In this document: positions 47,653 to 56,080 of the stretch, in pieces
How the letters are laid out: every line of letters starts with the position of its first letter
How positions within the stretch are numbered: position 1 is the first letter of the stretch
Assembly (NCBI GenBank): GCA_030621865.1
Contig: JAUXGW010000001.1
Coordinates: 1-61,842 of the forward strand
Direction of reading: 5' to 3'
DNA length: 61,842 nucleotides
Source: Actinomycetes bacterium
GTDB taxonomy: Bacteria; Actinomycetota; Acidimicrobiia; Acidimicrobiales; Microtrichaceae
Notes under the pieces: generated by a model
What the model was told of the DNA's origin: nothing
The model's input: only the letters and a program-made list of their open reading frames with translations
Databases searched by the model: none
Translations under genes and position numbers: made by a program

Positions 47653-48521
47653 AGAAGGTCACCGACCGCACCGACAACCTGATCCCAATAACGGGGTGGC
47701 AGATCATGAGCCATACCCTCGAGGATCCGCAGTTGGGCACCGGGAATCAACTCGGCGGTCCGGACCCCTCCACTCATGGTGACGAGTCGGTCCTTGTCGC
47801 CGTGCATCACAACGGTCGGCATTTCCACAAACGGCAGCGACTCCGCACGAGAACCGGAGGACAGCATTGCCAGAGCCTGGCGGGACGCACCGTCGGGATC
47901 ATAGGAGCGGTCCACGAACAACTCGGCCCGGCGGCGGACTGCGTGTGAATCCCAGCCGCCGATGGTTCCAATCACGTCCTGCAGGTCGATGTCGGACTGA
48001 ATCCTCTCCTCACGGGTGACCGCAGGAGTCATGCCGGCCATGAGGGCTGCCAGGCAGTCAGGTTCAGGACTTCCATATTCGGGTTCCCCGGTGTTCGACA
48101 TGACAGAGGTCAACGACGTGACCCGCGACCCGTGCTCTGTGGCGATCGTCTGGGCGATCATTCCGCCCATTGAAGTGCCGAATATGTGTGCTTCGGACAC
48201 ATCGAGGGAGTCCATCAATCCGATGGCGTCACCGGCCATTTCCGACAGGCCGTAGGTCGCTTCGGTCTGTCCGCCACCGAGGGCTGCCACCAGCGCCTCC
48301 GCGACGTCGCCGAATGGTGTGCCCAGATGTGTGGACAGACCCGCATCCCGGTTGTCGAAGCGGATCACCCGCAGACCCAGGGCGGCAAACTTCCTGCACA
48401 GGTCATCCTCAAAGCCGATGCACTGCGCTCCGAGGCCACACACGAGCAGCAACGCCGGATCCGATTCCTCCCCGAACGATTCGAAGTAGATGTCGACCTC
48501 GCCGACAGTGGTGGTCGGCAT
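47649..48521 (-). CDS. Alpha/beta-fold hydrolase
   Basis: 'HIFGTSMGGMIAQ' nucleophile elbow and a C-terminal '..G.AH' histidine. The start ATG shares one base with the upstream TGA. Confidence 0.8.
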   Translation of the reverse strand: MPTTTVGEVDIYFESFGEESDPALLLVCGLGAQCIGFEDDLCRKFAALGLRVIRFDNRDAGLSTHLGTPFGDVAEALVAALGGGQTEATYGLSEMAGDAIGLMDSLDVSEAHIFGTSMGGMIAQTIATEHGSRVTSLTSVMSNTGEPEYGSPEPDCLAALMAGMTPAVTREERIQSDIDLQDVIGTIGGWDSHAVRRRAELFVDRSYDPDGASRQALAMLSSGSRAESLPFVEMPTVVMHGDKDRLVTMSGGVRTAELIPGAQLRILEGMAHDLPPRYWDQVVGAVGDLL

Positions 48522-49684
48522 CAGGCCACCGTTCCCTCTTCGCGCAGCGTCTTGACCGCCGTGTCGTCGATGCTCAACCAGTCGGCAAGCACCTCATCGG
48601 TGTGTTGACCGGCGAATGCAGGAGGGCGCTGGACCGATCCCGGGGTACGACTGAATCGGGGCGAGGGAGCCGGCTGCGGAATCCCCGCAACCTCGATGAA
48701 CGTACCGCGCTCCACGTTGTGGGGATGCTCGGCCGCCTCGCTCATGGTGAGGACCGGAGCGAAGCACACATCGCTTCCCTCCATGATGCCGCACCACTCA
48801 TCGCGGGTCTTTCCGGCGAAGATCTCCGTGAGGGCATCCTTGAGCATCGGCCACTGCGATTTGTCGTGCTGGTAAGGCAGCTCCGTGCCCTTTGCCTCGA
48901 GATGATCCTCGAGGCCGGTGAGCTGCAGGAGCTCATCGTAGAACTGCGGTTCGATGGATCCGATCGACACGTACTTTCCGTCGCTGGTTTCATAGGTGTC
49001 GTAGAAATGCGCTCCCGTGTCGAGCAGGTTCTCACCCTTGGTGTCACTCCAGATACCCATGGCGGAGAACGACCAGATCATCGTCATCAGGGTCGCCGCA
49101 CCGTCAACCATTGCGGCGTCCACAACCTGGCCCGAGCCAGATTTCTGGGCTTCGAGCAGTGCACAAACCACACCGAACGCCTGGAGCATTCCACCGCCGC
49201 CGAAGTCGCCGACAAGGTTGATCGGGGGAGTCGGCTTCTCGCCCTTGCGGCCGAGGTGGGCGAGGGCTCCGCCGAGCGCTATGTAGTTGATGTCGTGGCC
49301 GGCGGTGGAGGCATATGGTCCGTCCTGTCCCCAGCCGGTCATCCGGCTGTAGACCAGTTTCGGATTTCGTTCGAGGCAGACATCCGGCCCGAACCCAAGG
49401 CGTTCGGCGACCCCCGGCCGAAAACCCTCGATGATGGCATCGGCGGAACCCACCAGATCGAGCAGCACACTCACTCCGGCCTCCGACTTGAGGTCCAGCC
49501 CCACCGAGCGTCGACCCCGGTTGAGCAAGTCCGCCGGCGGAGCATCAGGGTCCCCGCCCACAGCGTTGCCCGCCCGATCGATGCGGATCACATCCGCGCC
49601 CATGTCGGACAGCATCATTGCCGTGAAGGGTCCCGGCCCGATGCCGGCAACCTCGATGATCTTGAATCCGTTGAGTGGTCCCAT
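48521..49684 (-). CDS. mcr: Family III CoA-transferase / alpha-methylacyl-CoA racemase-like
   Basis: '[36 protein letters not shown]' closely resembles the CaiB/BaiF/Mcr N-terminus. Confidence 0.75.
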   Translation of the reverse strand: MGPLNGFKIIEVAGIGPGPFTAMMLSDMGADVIRIDRAGNAVGGDPDAPPADLLNRGRRSVGLDLKSEAGVSVLLDLVGSADAIIEGFRPGVAERLGFGPDVCLERNPKLVYSRMTGWGQDGPYASTAGHDINYIALGGALAHLGRKGEKPTPPINLVGDFGGGGMLQAFGVVCALLEAQKSGSGQVVDAAMVDGAATLMTMIWSFSAMGIWSDTKGENLLDTGAHFYDTYETSDGKYVSIGSIEPQFYDELLQLTGLEDHLEAKGTELPYQHDKSQWPMLKDALTEIFAGKTRDEWCGIMEGSDVCFAPVLTMSEAAEHPHNVERGTFIEVAGIPQPAPSPRFSRTPGSVQRPPAFAGQHTDEVLADWLSIDDTAVKTLREEGTVA

Positions 49685-49826
49685 CGGTTTCCCCCTTTGA
49701 TTGGTTCACGAAGTGTTCCCGCGCTGTCCATCCCGGTCAAGACGGGAGGCGCCCCGACCGGGGACGGGAGCAGCCTGCAGGCTCTGGATCCGCAGTTTCG
49801 GTCGGGCGTGGGACAATCGGTCACGC

Positions 49827-50693
49827 ATGACCGAACGCCTCACCGAAACGGACAAGCGAGTCGACTCACTCACCGGCGCCGAGTCGGTGATGGTGCCCAC
49901 ACGGCAAGTGCGGCCCAATCTTCCCGACAGCGGCTGCCCATTTTGCCCGGGCGGGCTGGAGACTCCACGGGACTACCGCACCCTTGCGATTCCCAACCGC
50001 TGGCCGGCAATGCCCGATGATCGCTGCGAGGTACTCCTGTACACCTCTGTCCACAACAAGGCCTTCTGGCAACTGGGTACCTCCCAGGTGTTGCATGTGG
50101 TCGACCTCTGGACAGACCGCAGCCGAGTTCTGGGAGCCCGGCCCGATGTGGATTACGTGCTCATATTCGAGAATCGCGGCCGGTTGTCCGGCACCACGAT
50201 CGATCATCCCCACGGCCAGTTGTACGCGCTGGCGGAGACACCCGCGGAACCACTGAACGAATTGGTCAATGGCTACATGCCCTCACCTCCGCCCGACCTC
50301 ATCGTGAGCGAGGACCGCAACTGGCAGGCATGGGTCCCCGAGGCAGCCAAATGGCCATTCGAACTCCTCATCGCCACCAACGACGGAAGCCGGCGACTGT
50401 CCGACGCGGGCATGGATCGTGTGGGTCTGGCCAACATTCTCGTGGATTGCCTGGCCCGACTCGACCAGGTGTTCGACCAACCGATGCCGTACATGATGTG
50501 GATTCACCAGCGGCCCTTCACCGACGAGGCATTCGCCCCGATGCCGCTGCACATACACATCGCCGGAATGCTGCGGAGCGCGCACACACAACGATTCATG
50601 GCTGCAGCCGAGGTTGGAGGTGGCCTCTACTTCAACACCGTGGATCCGGCGCTGGCTGCGAGGAAGCTGTCCGACCTTGCGGGACACCGATGA
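49827..50693 (+). CDS. galT: Galactose-1-phosphate uridylyltransferase
   Basis: 'CPFCPG' zinc site and 'DHPHGQLYA' HxHxQ active site. ATG 49827 verified. Confidence 0.9.
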   Translation: MTERLTETDKRVDSLTGAESVMVPTRQVRPNLPDSGCPFCPGGLETPRDYRTLAIPNRWPAMPDDRCEVLLYTSVHNKAFWQLGTSQVLHVVDLWTDRSRVLGARPDVDYVLIFENRGRLSGTTIDHPHGQLYALAETPAEPLNELVNGYMPSPPPDLIVSEDRNWQAWVPEAAKWPFELLIATNDGSRRLSDAGMDRVGLANILVDCLARLDQVFDQPMPYMMWIHQRPFTDEAFAPMPLHIHIAGMLRSAHTQRFMAAAEVGGGLYFNTVDPALAARKLSDLAGHR

Positions 50694-51727
50694 AGATCTG
50701 GGCGCCAGGGCGGGTCAACCTGATCGGCGACCACGTGGACTACATGGGCGGCCACGTGTTGCCCATGGCCATTCAGCTCGGTCTGACGCTCGAAGCGGAC
50801 CGGGTAGGGCGCGGGATTCACCTCACGTCTGATCGCGAGAACGAACCGGCGGTTTTCGGCGAAGCTGCGGTGGACCCCTCAGTGCTGCAACCGCCCTGGG
50901 CCCGCCTCGTGGCGGCCGTGGCCAACGAAGTGGCACATGAAGCCAACGAAGTCGCAGACGAAAAGGGCCCGATCGCCCTGACGGGCCGGATTTCCTCTTC
51001 GCTGCCGGTCGGAGCCGGATTGTCCTCCAGCGCCGCGCTTTGTGTTGCGGTTGCATTGGCGCTGCGGCCCAGCTTCGGCAATGGCACGCCGGGATCACAA
51101 CTGGCCCTGGCGGAACTGGCACAACGCGCTGAGCACGCTGCCACCGACGTGCCATGCGGAATCATGGATCAACTCGCCATCACCGCCGCTGTCGAGGGAG
51201 CCGCCACCCTCATCGACTGCACCACCCGCGAAGTCACTGCCCTTGCGATTCCGGGCGATTGGAGCATCTGGGTGATCGACTCCGGAACACGCAGGGACCT
51301 GCGTGACTCCGAATACGCCGATCGCCGCCGACAAGCAGAGGCTGCGGCAGCGCTTGTGGGGCCACTGCCGGATGCCACCGCTGCCGACATCACAGCTATC
51401 AACGACCCCACGATTCGGCGACGGGCAAGGCATGTGCATGCCGAGTCCCGGCGGGTACTCGACTTCGCCGGGGCCATGACGGCGGGCGATGCACGGGTGG
51501 CCGGAGAACTCATGGACGAAAGCCATCGGTCACTTCGCGACGATTTCGAGGTGTCGATTCCGGCGCTCGACGACCTCTGCGAGGAGCTGCGTTCGATGCC
51601 TGGCGTGCACGGCGCTCGCCTCACTGGTGCCGGATTCGGAGGTTGCGTGGTGGCCCTCGCGGATGAGGGCGCAGAAGTCCCGGGAACGCGCCTGATTCCC
51701 TCGGGACCGGCCTGCCTCCGGCAGTGA
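50690..51727 (+). CDS. galK: Galactokinase
   Basis: 'APGRVNLIGDHVDYMGG' signature, 'PVGAGLSSSAAL' GHMP motif, 'GARLTGAGFGGC'. ATGA overlap with galT. Confidence 0.93.
   Translation: MKIWAPGRVNLIGDHVDYMGGHVLPMAIQLGLTLEADRVGRGIHLTSDRENEPAVFGEAAVDPSVLQPPWARLVAAVANEVAHEANEVADEKGPIALTGRISSSLPVGAGLSSSAALCVAVALALRPSFGNGTPGSQLALAELAQRAEHAATDVPCGIMDQLAITAAVEGAATLIDCTTREVTALAIPGDWSIWVIDSGTRRDLRDSEYADRRRQAEAAAALVGPLPDATAADITAINDPTIRRRARHVHAESRRVLDFAGAMTAGDARVAGELMDESHRSLRDDFEVSIPALDDLCEELRSMPGVHGARLTGAGFGGCVVALADEGAEVPGTRLIPSGPACLRQ
50921..50962. repeat. 21-nt in-frame tandem duplication (x2, 18/21) inside galK
   Basis: gccaacgaagtggcacatgaa and gccaacgaagtcgcagacgaa. Encodes ANEVAHE-ANEVADE. Confidence 0.8.
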
Positions 51728-51739
51728 CGGTCGTGGTCC

Positions 51740-51784
51740 TCCGCAGAAGTTGAGTCCGCAGAAGCTGGGCCCGCAGAAGTCCGG
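51740..51784. repeat. 15-nt tandem repeat (x3) filling most of the galK / PH-SHOCT convergent intergenic gap
   Basis: tccgcagaagttgag / tccgcagaagctggg / cccgcagaagtccgg. Confidence 0.85.
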
Positions 51785-52420
51785 TCAGTCGGGAGATTTG
51801 AAGAGTTTCGCCTTTTCGGACTCGAACTCTTCGGTGCTGATGTGACCCTGCTCCCGCAACTCGACCAGCTTGGCGATCTCGTCGGCGGTTGAAAGCAGCG
51901 CATCTCCGCCACGAACCCGATCGAACTTGCGGTTCTCGTTGTCTTCCATCTCCTGGTACAGAACGTTCTGCACGTGCACCGGATCACGAACGTCTTCGAA
52001 GATCTGGCGGCCCATCTCTCCCGCCGACTCGATCACCAGCGTTCCGGCGCCCACCATGCGATCCAGAATTCCCTGTTCGAAGAAGATCGTGTTGATGCGA
52101 TCCAGGGGAATCTCGATACCGCGCTTGGCGAAGACTCCGGAGCGATAGATGCAGCGGTCCGTGGTGACCACGAACTCGGTGGAGTACCACTTGATCCAGG
52201 TCACACCCACCCAGGCGAGGCTCGACACGATGCCAACCACGACGATCACCCGCAGAATGGCCGAAAGGGTGTCGTTCGAGTCCGCCCAGACCAGCAGCGC
52301 CACACCGATCGCGGTGGTGAACACGAGGGCAAGGATGGATTTCACCAGCATGATCCAGTGCGGATGAAGATCCAGCACCATCTCTTCGTTTCGATGAAGA
52401 TTGCTTTCGTTGTATCCCAC
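51785..52420 (-). CDS. Membrane bPH_2 (YdbS/YdbT-like PH) domain protein with a C-terminal SHOCT domain
   Basis: 'LHPHW..L' plus 2 TM segments, then 'T.R.I.RSG.F...G.EIPL.RI..I...Q...DR..G.G.L.IES'. C-terminal 'ADEIAKLVELREQGHISTEEFESEKAKL'. Start uncertain (GTG 52420 or ATG 52381). Confidence 0.6.
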   Translation of the reverse strand: MGYNESNLHRNEEMVLDLHPHWIMLVKSILALVFTTAIGVALLVWADSNDTLSAILRVIVVVGIVSSLAWVGVTWIKWYSTEFVVTTDRCIYRSGVFAKRGIEIPLDRINTIFFEQGILDRMVGAGTLVIESAGEMGRQIFEDVRDPVHVQNVLYQEMEDNENRKFDRVRGGDALLSTADEIAKLVELREQGHISTEEFESEKAKLFKSPD

Positions 52421-52455
52421 AGCGCAACCGTAATGGCCGCCGGCACGACGAAACG

Positions 52456-54453
52456 ATGTCTCAGGGCGCTGATAGGTTCGCCACGATGAGCGGCATGGAT
52501 CAAGACCCCGGCGGCGATTCGCCATCCAGACTCCTGACCGGACTCAACGAAGCCCAGCGGGAGGCGGTCACCTCGGACTCCGATCCGCTGCGGATCCTGG
52601 CTGGCGCCGGATCCGGGAAGACCCGCGTGCTGACTCAGCGGATCGCCTGGCGGGCTGCCAACGGGGCGGAGGATCCCAACAAGGTTCTCGCAGTGACATT
52701 CACGCGCAAGGCTGCCTCCGAACTCAGGGATCGGCTCTGGAAACTCGGGCTGAGCGAGGGCGTTCGGGCTGGAACCTTCCACGCCATCGCCCATGCACAA
52801 CTTCGTCAACGCTGGGAAGAACGCGGTGTGCAACCCGCGGAGTTGCTGGAACGAAAGTACACCTTCGTTTCGCGACTCATGAGGACACGTAGTTCCACAC
52901 TTCCCCTCGACGTGATCGGTGAGATCGAGTGGGCTGCCGCTCGAATGATCACACCCGAGGATTACGAGAACGCGGCCGAACGCGCCCAGCGAACTCCTCC
53001 GATGGACCTGTCGAAGGTGGCGGCGACATATGAGCAATACCAGCAGGCAAAACTCAAGAAGCGCCTGGTGGACTTCGATGACATACTCCGCCTCGCTGCC
53101 CGTGACCTCATGGGCGATCCTGTCTACGCGAGTGCACGGCGCTGGCGATACCGCCACCTCTATGTCGACGAATTCCAGGACGTGAACCCACTTCAGCATC
53201 ACCTCCTGAGTCTCTGGATGGGCACCGAGTCCACGTTCTGCGCCGTCGGGGATCCCAATCAGGCGATCTACGCCTGGAACGGAGCCAACTCCGACTATCT
53301 CGTGAACTTCGAGAAGCACTTCGGAGGCTCAGCGACTGTTGAACTCACCAGGAACTACCGCTCCACCCCCGAGATACTGACTGCCGCAAACGCGGTGCTC
53401 GCCGGCTCCCCGGCCACACCATTTCGTCTTTCCGCCACCCGTCCATCCGGGCCGGCAGCCGAGATCCGGTCCCACGCCGACGAAGTCGCCGAAGCAAAGG
53501 CGATCGCTCGTGCCTGCAGAGTCAAACACCGACCCAACACCGCGTGGCGCGCCCAGGCAGTGTTGGTTCGCACCAACTCCCAGTCAGCTGCGATCGCCGA
53601 GGCGCTGTCGGATGCCGGAATCCCCCACCGCGTTCGAGGTTCGGCCTCCCTCCTGCAACAACCCGAGGTCAAGGACGCGCTCCGGACCCTGCACCAGAGT
53701 CCGGCCGTTTCCTCCTTCATCAAGGACACCGAAGCAGTGATTCTGGATCCCACCCCGGAACTCACCGAGGACCGTCTGGCCAATCTCGCCGAACTGATCA
53801 GACTCGCCAACGAATTCCTGACGATGGAGCCGGAAGGATCACCCGAGAACTTCTCCCGCTGGCTCACCGCCGCTCTGCGCAACGATGACGGCATGGGTGG
53901 TGACGCCGTGGAAGTCACCACCTTTCACGCAGCCAAGGGTCTTGAGTGGTCAATTGTCCACGTTGCGGGACTCGAGAACGGCCTTGTCCCGATTCATCAC
54001 GCCAAAGACGATCCGGACGCCATCGAGGAGGAACGTCGACTGCTCTACGTGGCACTCACCCGCGCCCGGGATGAGTTGAGTTGCACGTGGGCACGGAAAC
54101 GCACTTTCGGCACCCGGGCACTGAAACGCTCCCCATCACCGTGGCTCTCCGCCATCAAAGGGGTTGGCGAATCAGCCGAAGAGCCATCAGGTCGGCCCCG
54201 GAGGCGGACCAGAACTGCTGCGACCACACCTGCTGGATCGGAGCTGTTCCAATCCCTGCGGGCCTGGCGCATGAAACGGGCTCAAGCCGCCGACGTACCG
54301 GCCTTCGTGATCCTCAACGACGCCACGCTCCATGCCCTTGTCGAAACCAGGCCCCGGAAGCAGATCGATCTTCTCGACGTGGCCGGGATCGGACCGGTCA
54401 AAGCCGATCGATTCGGTGCGGAGATCCTCAACATCATCAAAGAAGCCGAGTGA
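52456..54453 (+). CDS. UvrD/PcrA-family helicase with a C-terminal HRDC domain (UvrD2-like)
   Basis: 'LAGAGSGKTRVL', 'VDEFQDVNP', 'NYRS', 'T.H.AKGLEW..V', 'EEERRLLYVALTRA'. C-terminal 'LRAWR...A....VPAFVILND.TL..L....P......L..V.GIG..K...FG' HRDC. Confidence 0.88.
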   Translation: MSQGADRFATMSGMDQDPGGDSPSRLLTGLNEAQREAVTSDSDPLRILAGAGSGKTRVLTQRIAWRAANGAEDPNKVLAVTFTRKAASELRDRLWKLGLSEGVRAGTFHAIAHAQLRQRWEERGVQPAELLERKYTFVSRLMRTRSSTLPLDVIGEIEWAAARMITPEDYENAAERAQRTPPMDLSKVAATYEQYQQAKLKKRLVDFDDILRLAARDLMGDPVYASARRWRYRHLYVDEFQDVNPLQHHLLSLWMGTESTFCAVGDPNQAIYAWNGANSDYLVNFEKHFGGSATVELTRNYRSTPEILTAANAVLAGSPATPFRLSATRPSGPAAEIRSHADEVAEAKAIARACRVKHRPNTAWRAQAVLVRTNSQSAAIAEALSDAGIPHRVRGSASLLQQPEVKDALRTLHQSPAVSSFIKDTEAVILDPTPELTEDRLANLAELIRLANEFLTMEPEGSPENFSRWLTAALRNDDGMGGDAVEVTTFHAAKGLEWSIVHVAGLENGLVPIHHAKDDPDAIEEERRLLYVALTRARDELSCTWARKRTFGTRALKRSPSPWLSAIKGVGESAEEPSGRPRRRTRTAATTPAGSELFQSLRAWRMKRAQAADVPAFVILNDATLHALVETRPRKQIDLLDVAGIGPVKADRFGAEILNIIKEAE

Positions 54454-54471
54454 ATCAAAGAAGCTGGATGA
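54436..54471. repeat. 18-nt tandem copy (15/18) of the helicase 3' end plus stop, forming the entire convergent intergenic gap
   Basis: atcaaagaagccgagtga (54436-54453) and atcaaagaagctggatga (54454-54471). The second TGA is in frame. Confidence 0.85.
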
Positions 54472-55224
54472 TCACGTGTCACGCTGCTCCAGCATGTGAG
54501 CGAATCCACCTTCACGGAACGCCACGAACAACGCCTGGGACGTCACACAAATACGATCACCGTGACGGAGTTCGGCGCTCGCCCAGATCTTCCGGCCATC
54601 CCGGGACTTCAGCCAGCCACGCATGTCCAGTCGTTCCCCCAGAGGAGTCGGACTCTTGTAGTCAACGTCGATGTGCGCAGTCATCCCCTGGGTTCCGGAC
54701 AGGGACTGGGTAGCACCAAGCAGCTCGTCGAGAACAGCTGCCACATACCCACCATGGACAAATCCGGGAGGCCCTTCGTAGGCCGGGCCGAACGTGACGT
54801 GACCCAGAATCTGCTCGTCATTGTCCGGATCGTGGCGCATCGCCAGCGGCGGGGACAGTGGATTTGCCAACCCGATCATCGGACTGTGATCGAAGAAGGC
54901 CAGCCGCTCCGGATCAATCGCCATGGCGGCTCCGGCGTTGGCCGCCTCGGCGAAACCTTCATAGGTTGCTCCAGCGGGAAACTCCGCGAACTGCCTTGCC
55001 AGCGCCTCCAGTTCATCGGCGGCTTCAGTGAGCTGCTCCACCTCGGCCGATGTGTTGACGAGGTGAGTGATGATCTCGCGGATTGCCGCTGCCAGCCGGC
55101 GGGACTCGCCACGCCTGGGTGTGAGCTCCAGGCGCTCGAAGCCCTCGATCCGAGAACTCCGTGGAGCATCTGATTCTGTTTCCTCCGGGTTCGTCCCGTT
55201 CTGCGGGTTCGAGTTGCTGCTCAC
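54472..55224 (-). CDS. PaaI-family hot-dog thioesterase with an N-terminal extension
   Basis: 'GFVHGGYVAAVLDELLG' hot-dog core. GTGA overlap with xthA. Confidence 0.7.
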   Translation of the reverse strand: MSSNSNPQNGTNPEETESDAPRSSRIEGFERLELTPRRGESRRLAAAIREIITHLVNTSAEVEQLTEAADELEALARQFAEFPAGATYEGFAEAANAGAAMAIDPERLAFFDHSPMIGLANPLSPPLAMRHDPDNDEQILGHVTFGPAYEGPPGFVHGGYVAAVLDELLGATQSLSGTQGMTAHIDVDYKSPTPLGERLDMRGWLKSRDGRKIWASAELRHGDRICVTSQALFVAFREGGFAHMLEQRDT

Positions 55225-56015
55225 TTGTTCTCCTCACTCGGGCCAACCTCATAGACGGCCATGACCGGCGCGTGGTCCGAAGGTTTCTTGCCTTTTCTGG
55301 CGTTGCGGTCGATCAGGTCAGCAGTGCATGTCGAAGCCAACGGAGCTGACGAGAGCAGGAAATCGATCCGCATGCCGCGACGTTTGTGGAAGTCGCCGTT
55401 GCGGTAATCCCAGTAGCTGTAGATGCCGGGCTCCGGGAATCGGTCGCGGAGGGTATCGATGAGACCCCAGTCCTTGACGTGATCGAGAGCGTCGCGCTCC
55501 GGCTTGCTCACATGCGTCATTTCCTGGAAGTGAGCGGTGCTCCAGACATCGTCATCGGCAGGTGCAATGTTCCAGTCTCCAAGCACGACCAACTGCTCGT
55601 CGGGCGAATGGTTCCTGTCGAGATGTGAACGAAGCCGGTGTAACCAATCCAGTTTGTAGCGGTAGTGATCGTGGCCGAGTTCACGGCCGTTGGGTACGTA
55701 CACGGATGCAACCCGGATCCCTCCACACGTGGCCCAGACCACTCTCGCGTCAGGATCGGGTTCGCCGCCGTCGTCGAATCCCCTGACCTCATCCTCCAGG
55801 CCCACCTTGGAGAGAATCGCCACACCATTCCAGCGACCTTCCCCATGGTGAACAGACTCGTAACCGAGGGCAGTGAAGGCCATCGTCGGAAACTTCTCAT
55901 CTGAAAGTTTCGTTTCCTGCATGCACAACACGTCCGGCGACACGGCCTCCAGCCATTCGGTGACTCTCGGCATCCGGGCGTTGAGTGAGTTGACGTTCCA
56001 TGTGGCGACCAGCAC
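55221..56015 (-). CDS. xthA: Exodeoxyribonuclease III
   Basis: 'VATWNVNSLNAR', 'DVLCMQETK', 'GDWNIAP', 'RIDF.L.S', 'SDHAPV'. GTG 56015 verified. Confidence 0.92.
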   Translation of the reverse strand: MLVATWNVNSLNARMPRVTEWLEAVSPDVLCMQETKLSDEKFPTMAFTALGYESVHHGEGRWNGVAILSKVGLEDEVRGFDDGGEPDPDARVVWATCGGIRVASVYVPNGRELGHDHYRYKLDWLHRLRSHLDRNHSPDEQLVVLGDWNIAPADDDVWSTAHFQEMTHVSKPERDALDHVKDWGLIDTLRDRFPEPGIYSYWDYRNGDFHKRRGMRIDFLLSSAPLASTCTADLIDRNARKGKKPSDHAPVMAVYEVGPSEENK

Positions 56016-56080
56016 GTTCAGAAATCTAGCTCTGTTGCCTTTGAGAGGGCCGACCACACCAAGTCGGTAGGATCCACTGG

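Noticed and set aside
48170-50020. 616-aa plus-strand ORF
   Set aside because: It is antisense to the alpha/beta hydrolase and Mcr-like genes and out of frame with galT. It has no recognisable motifs.
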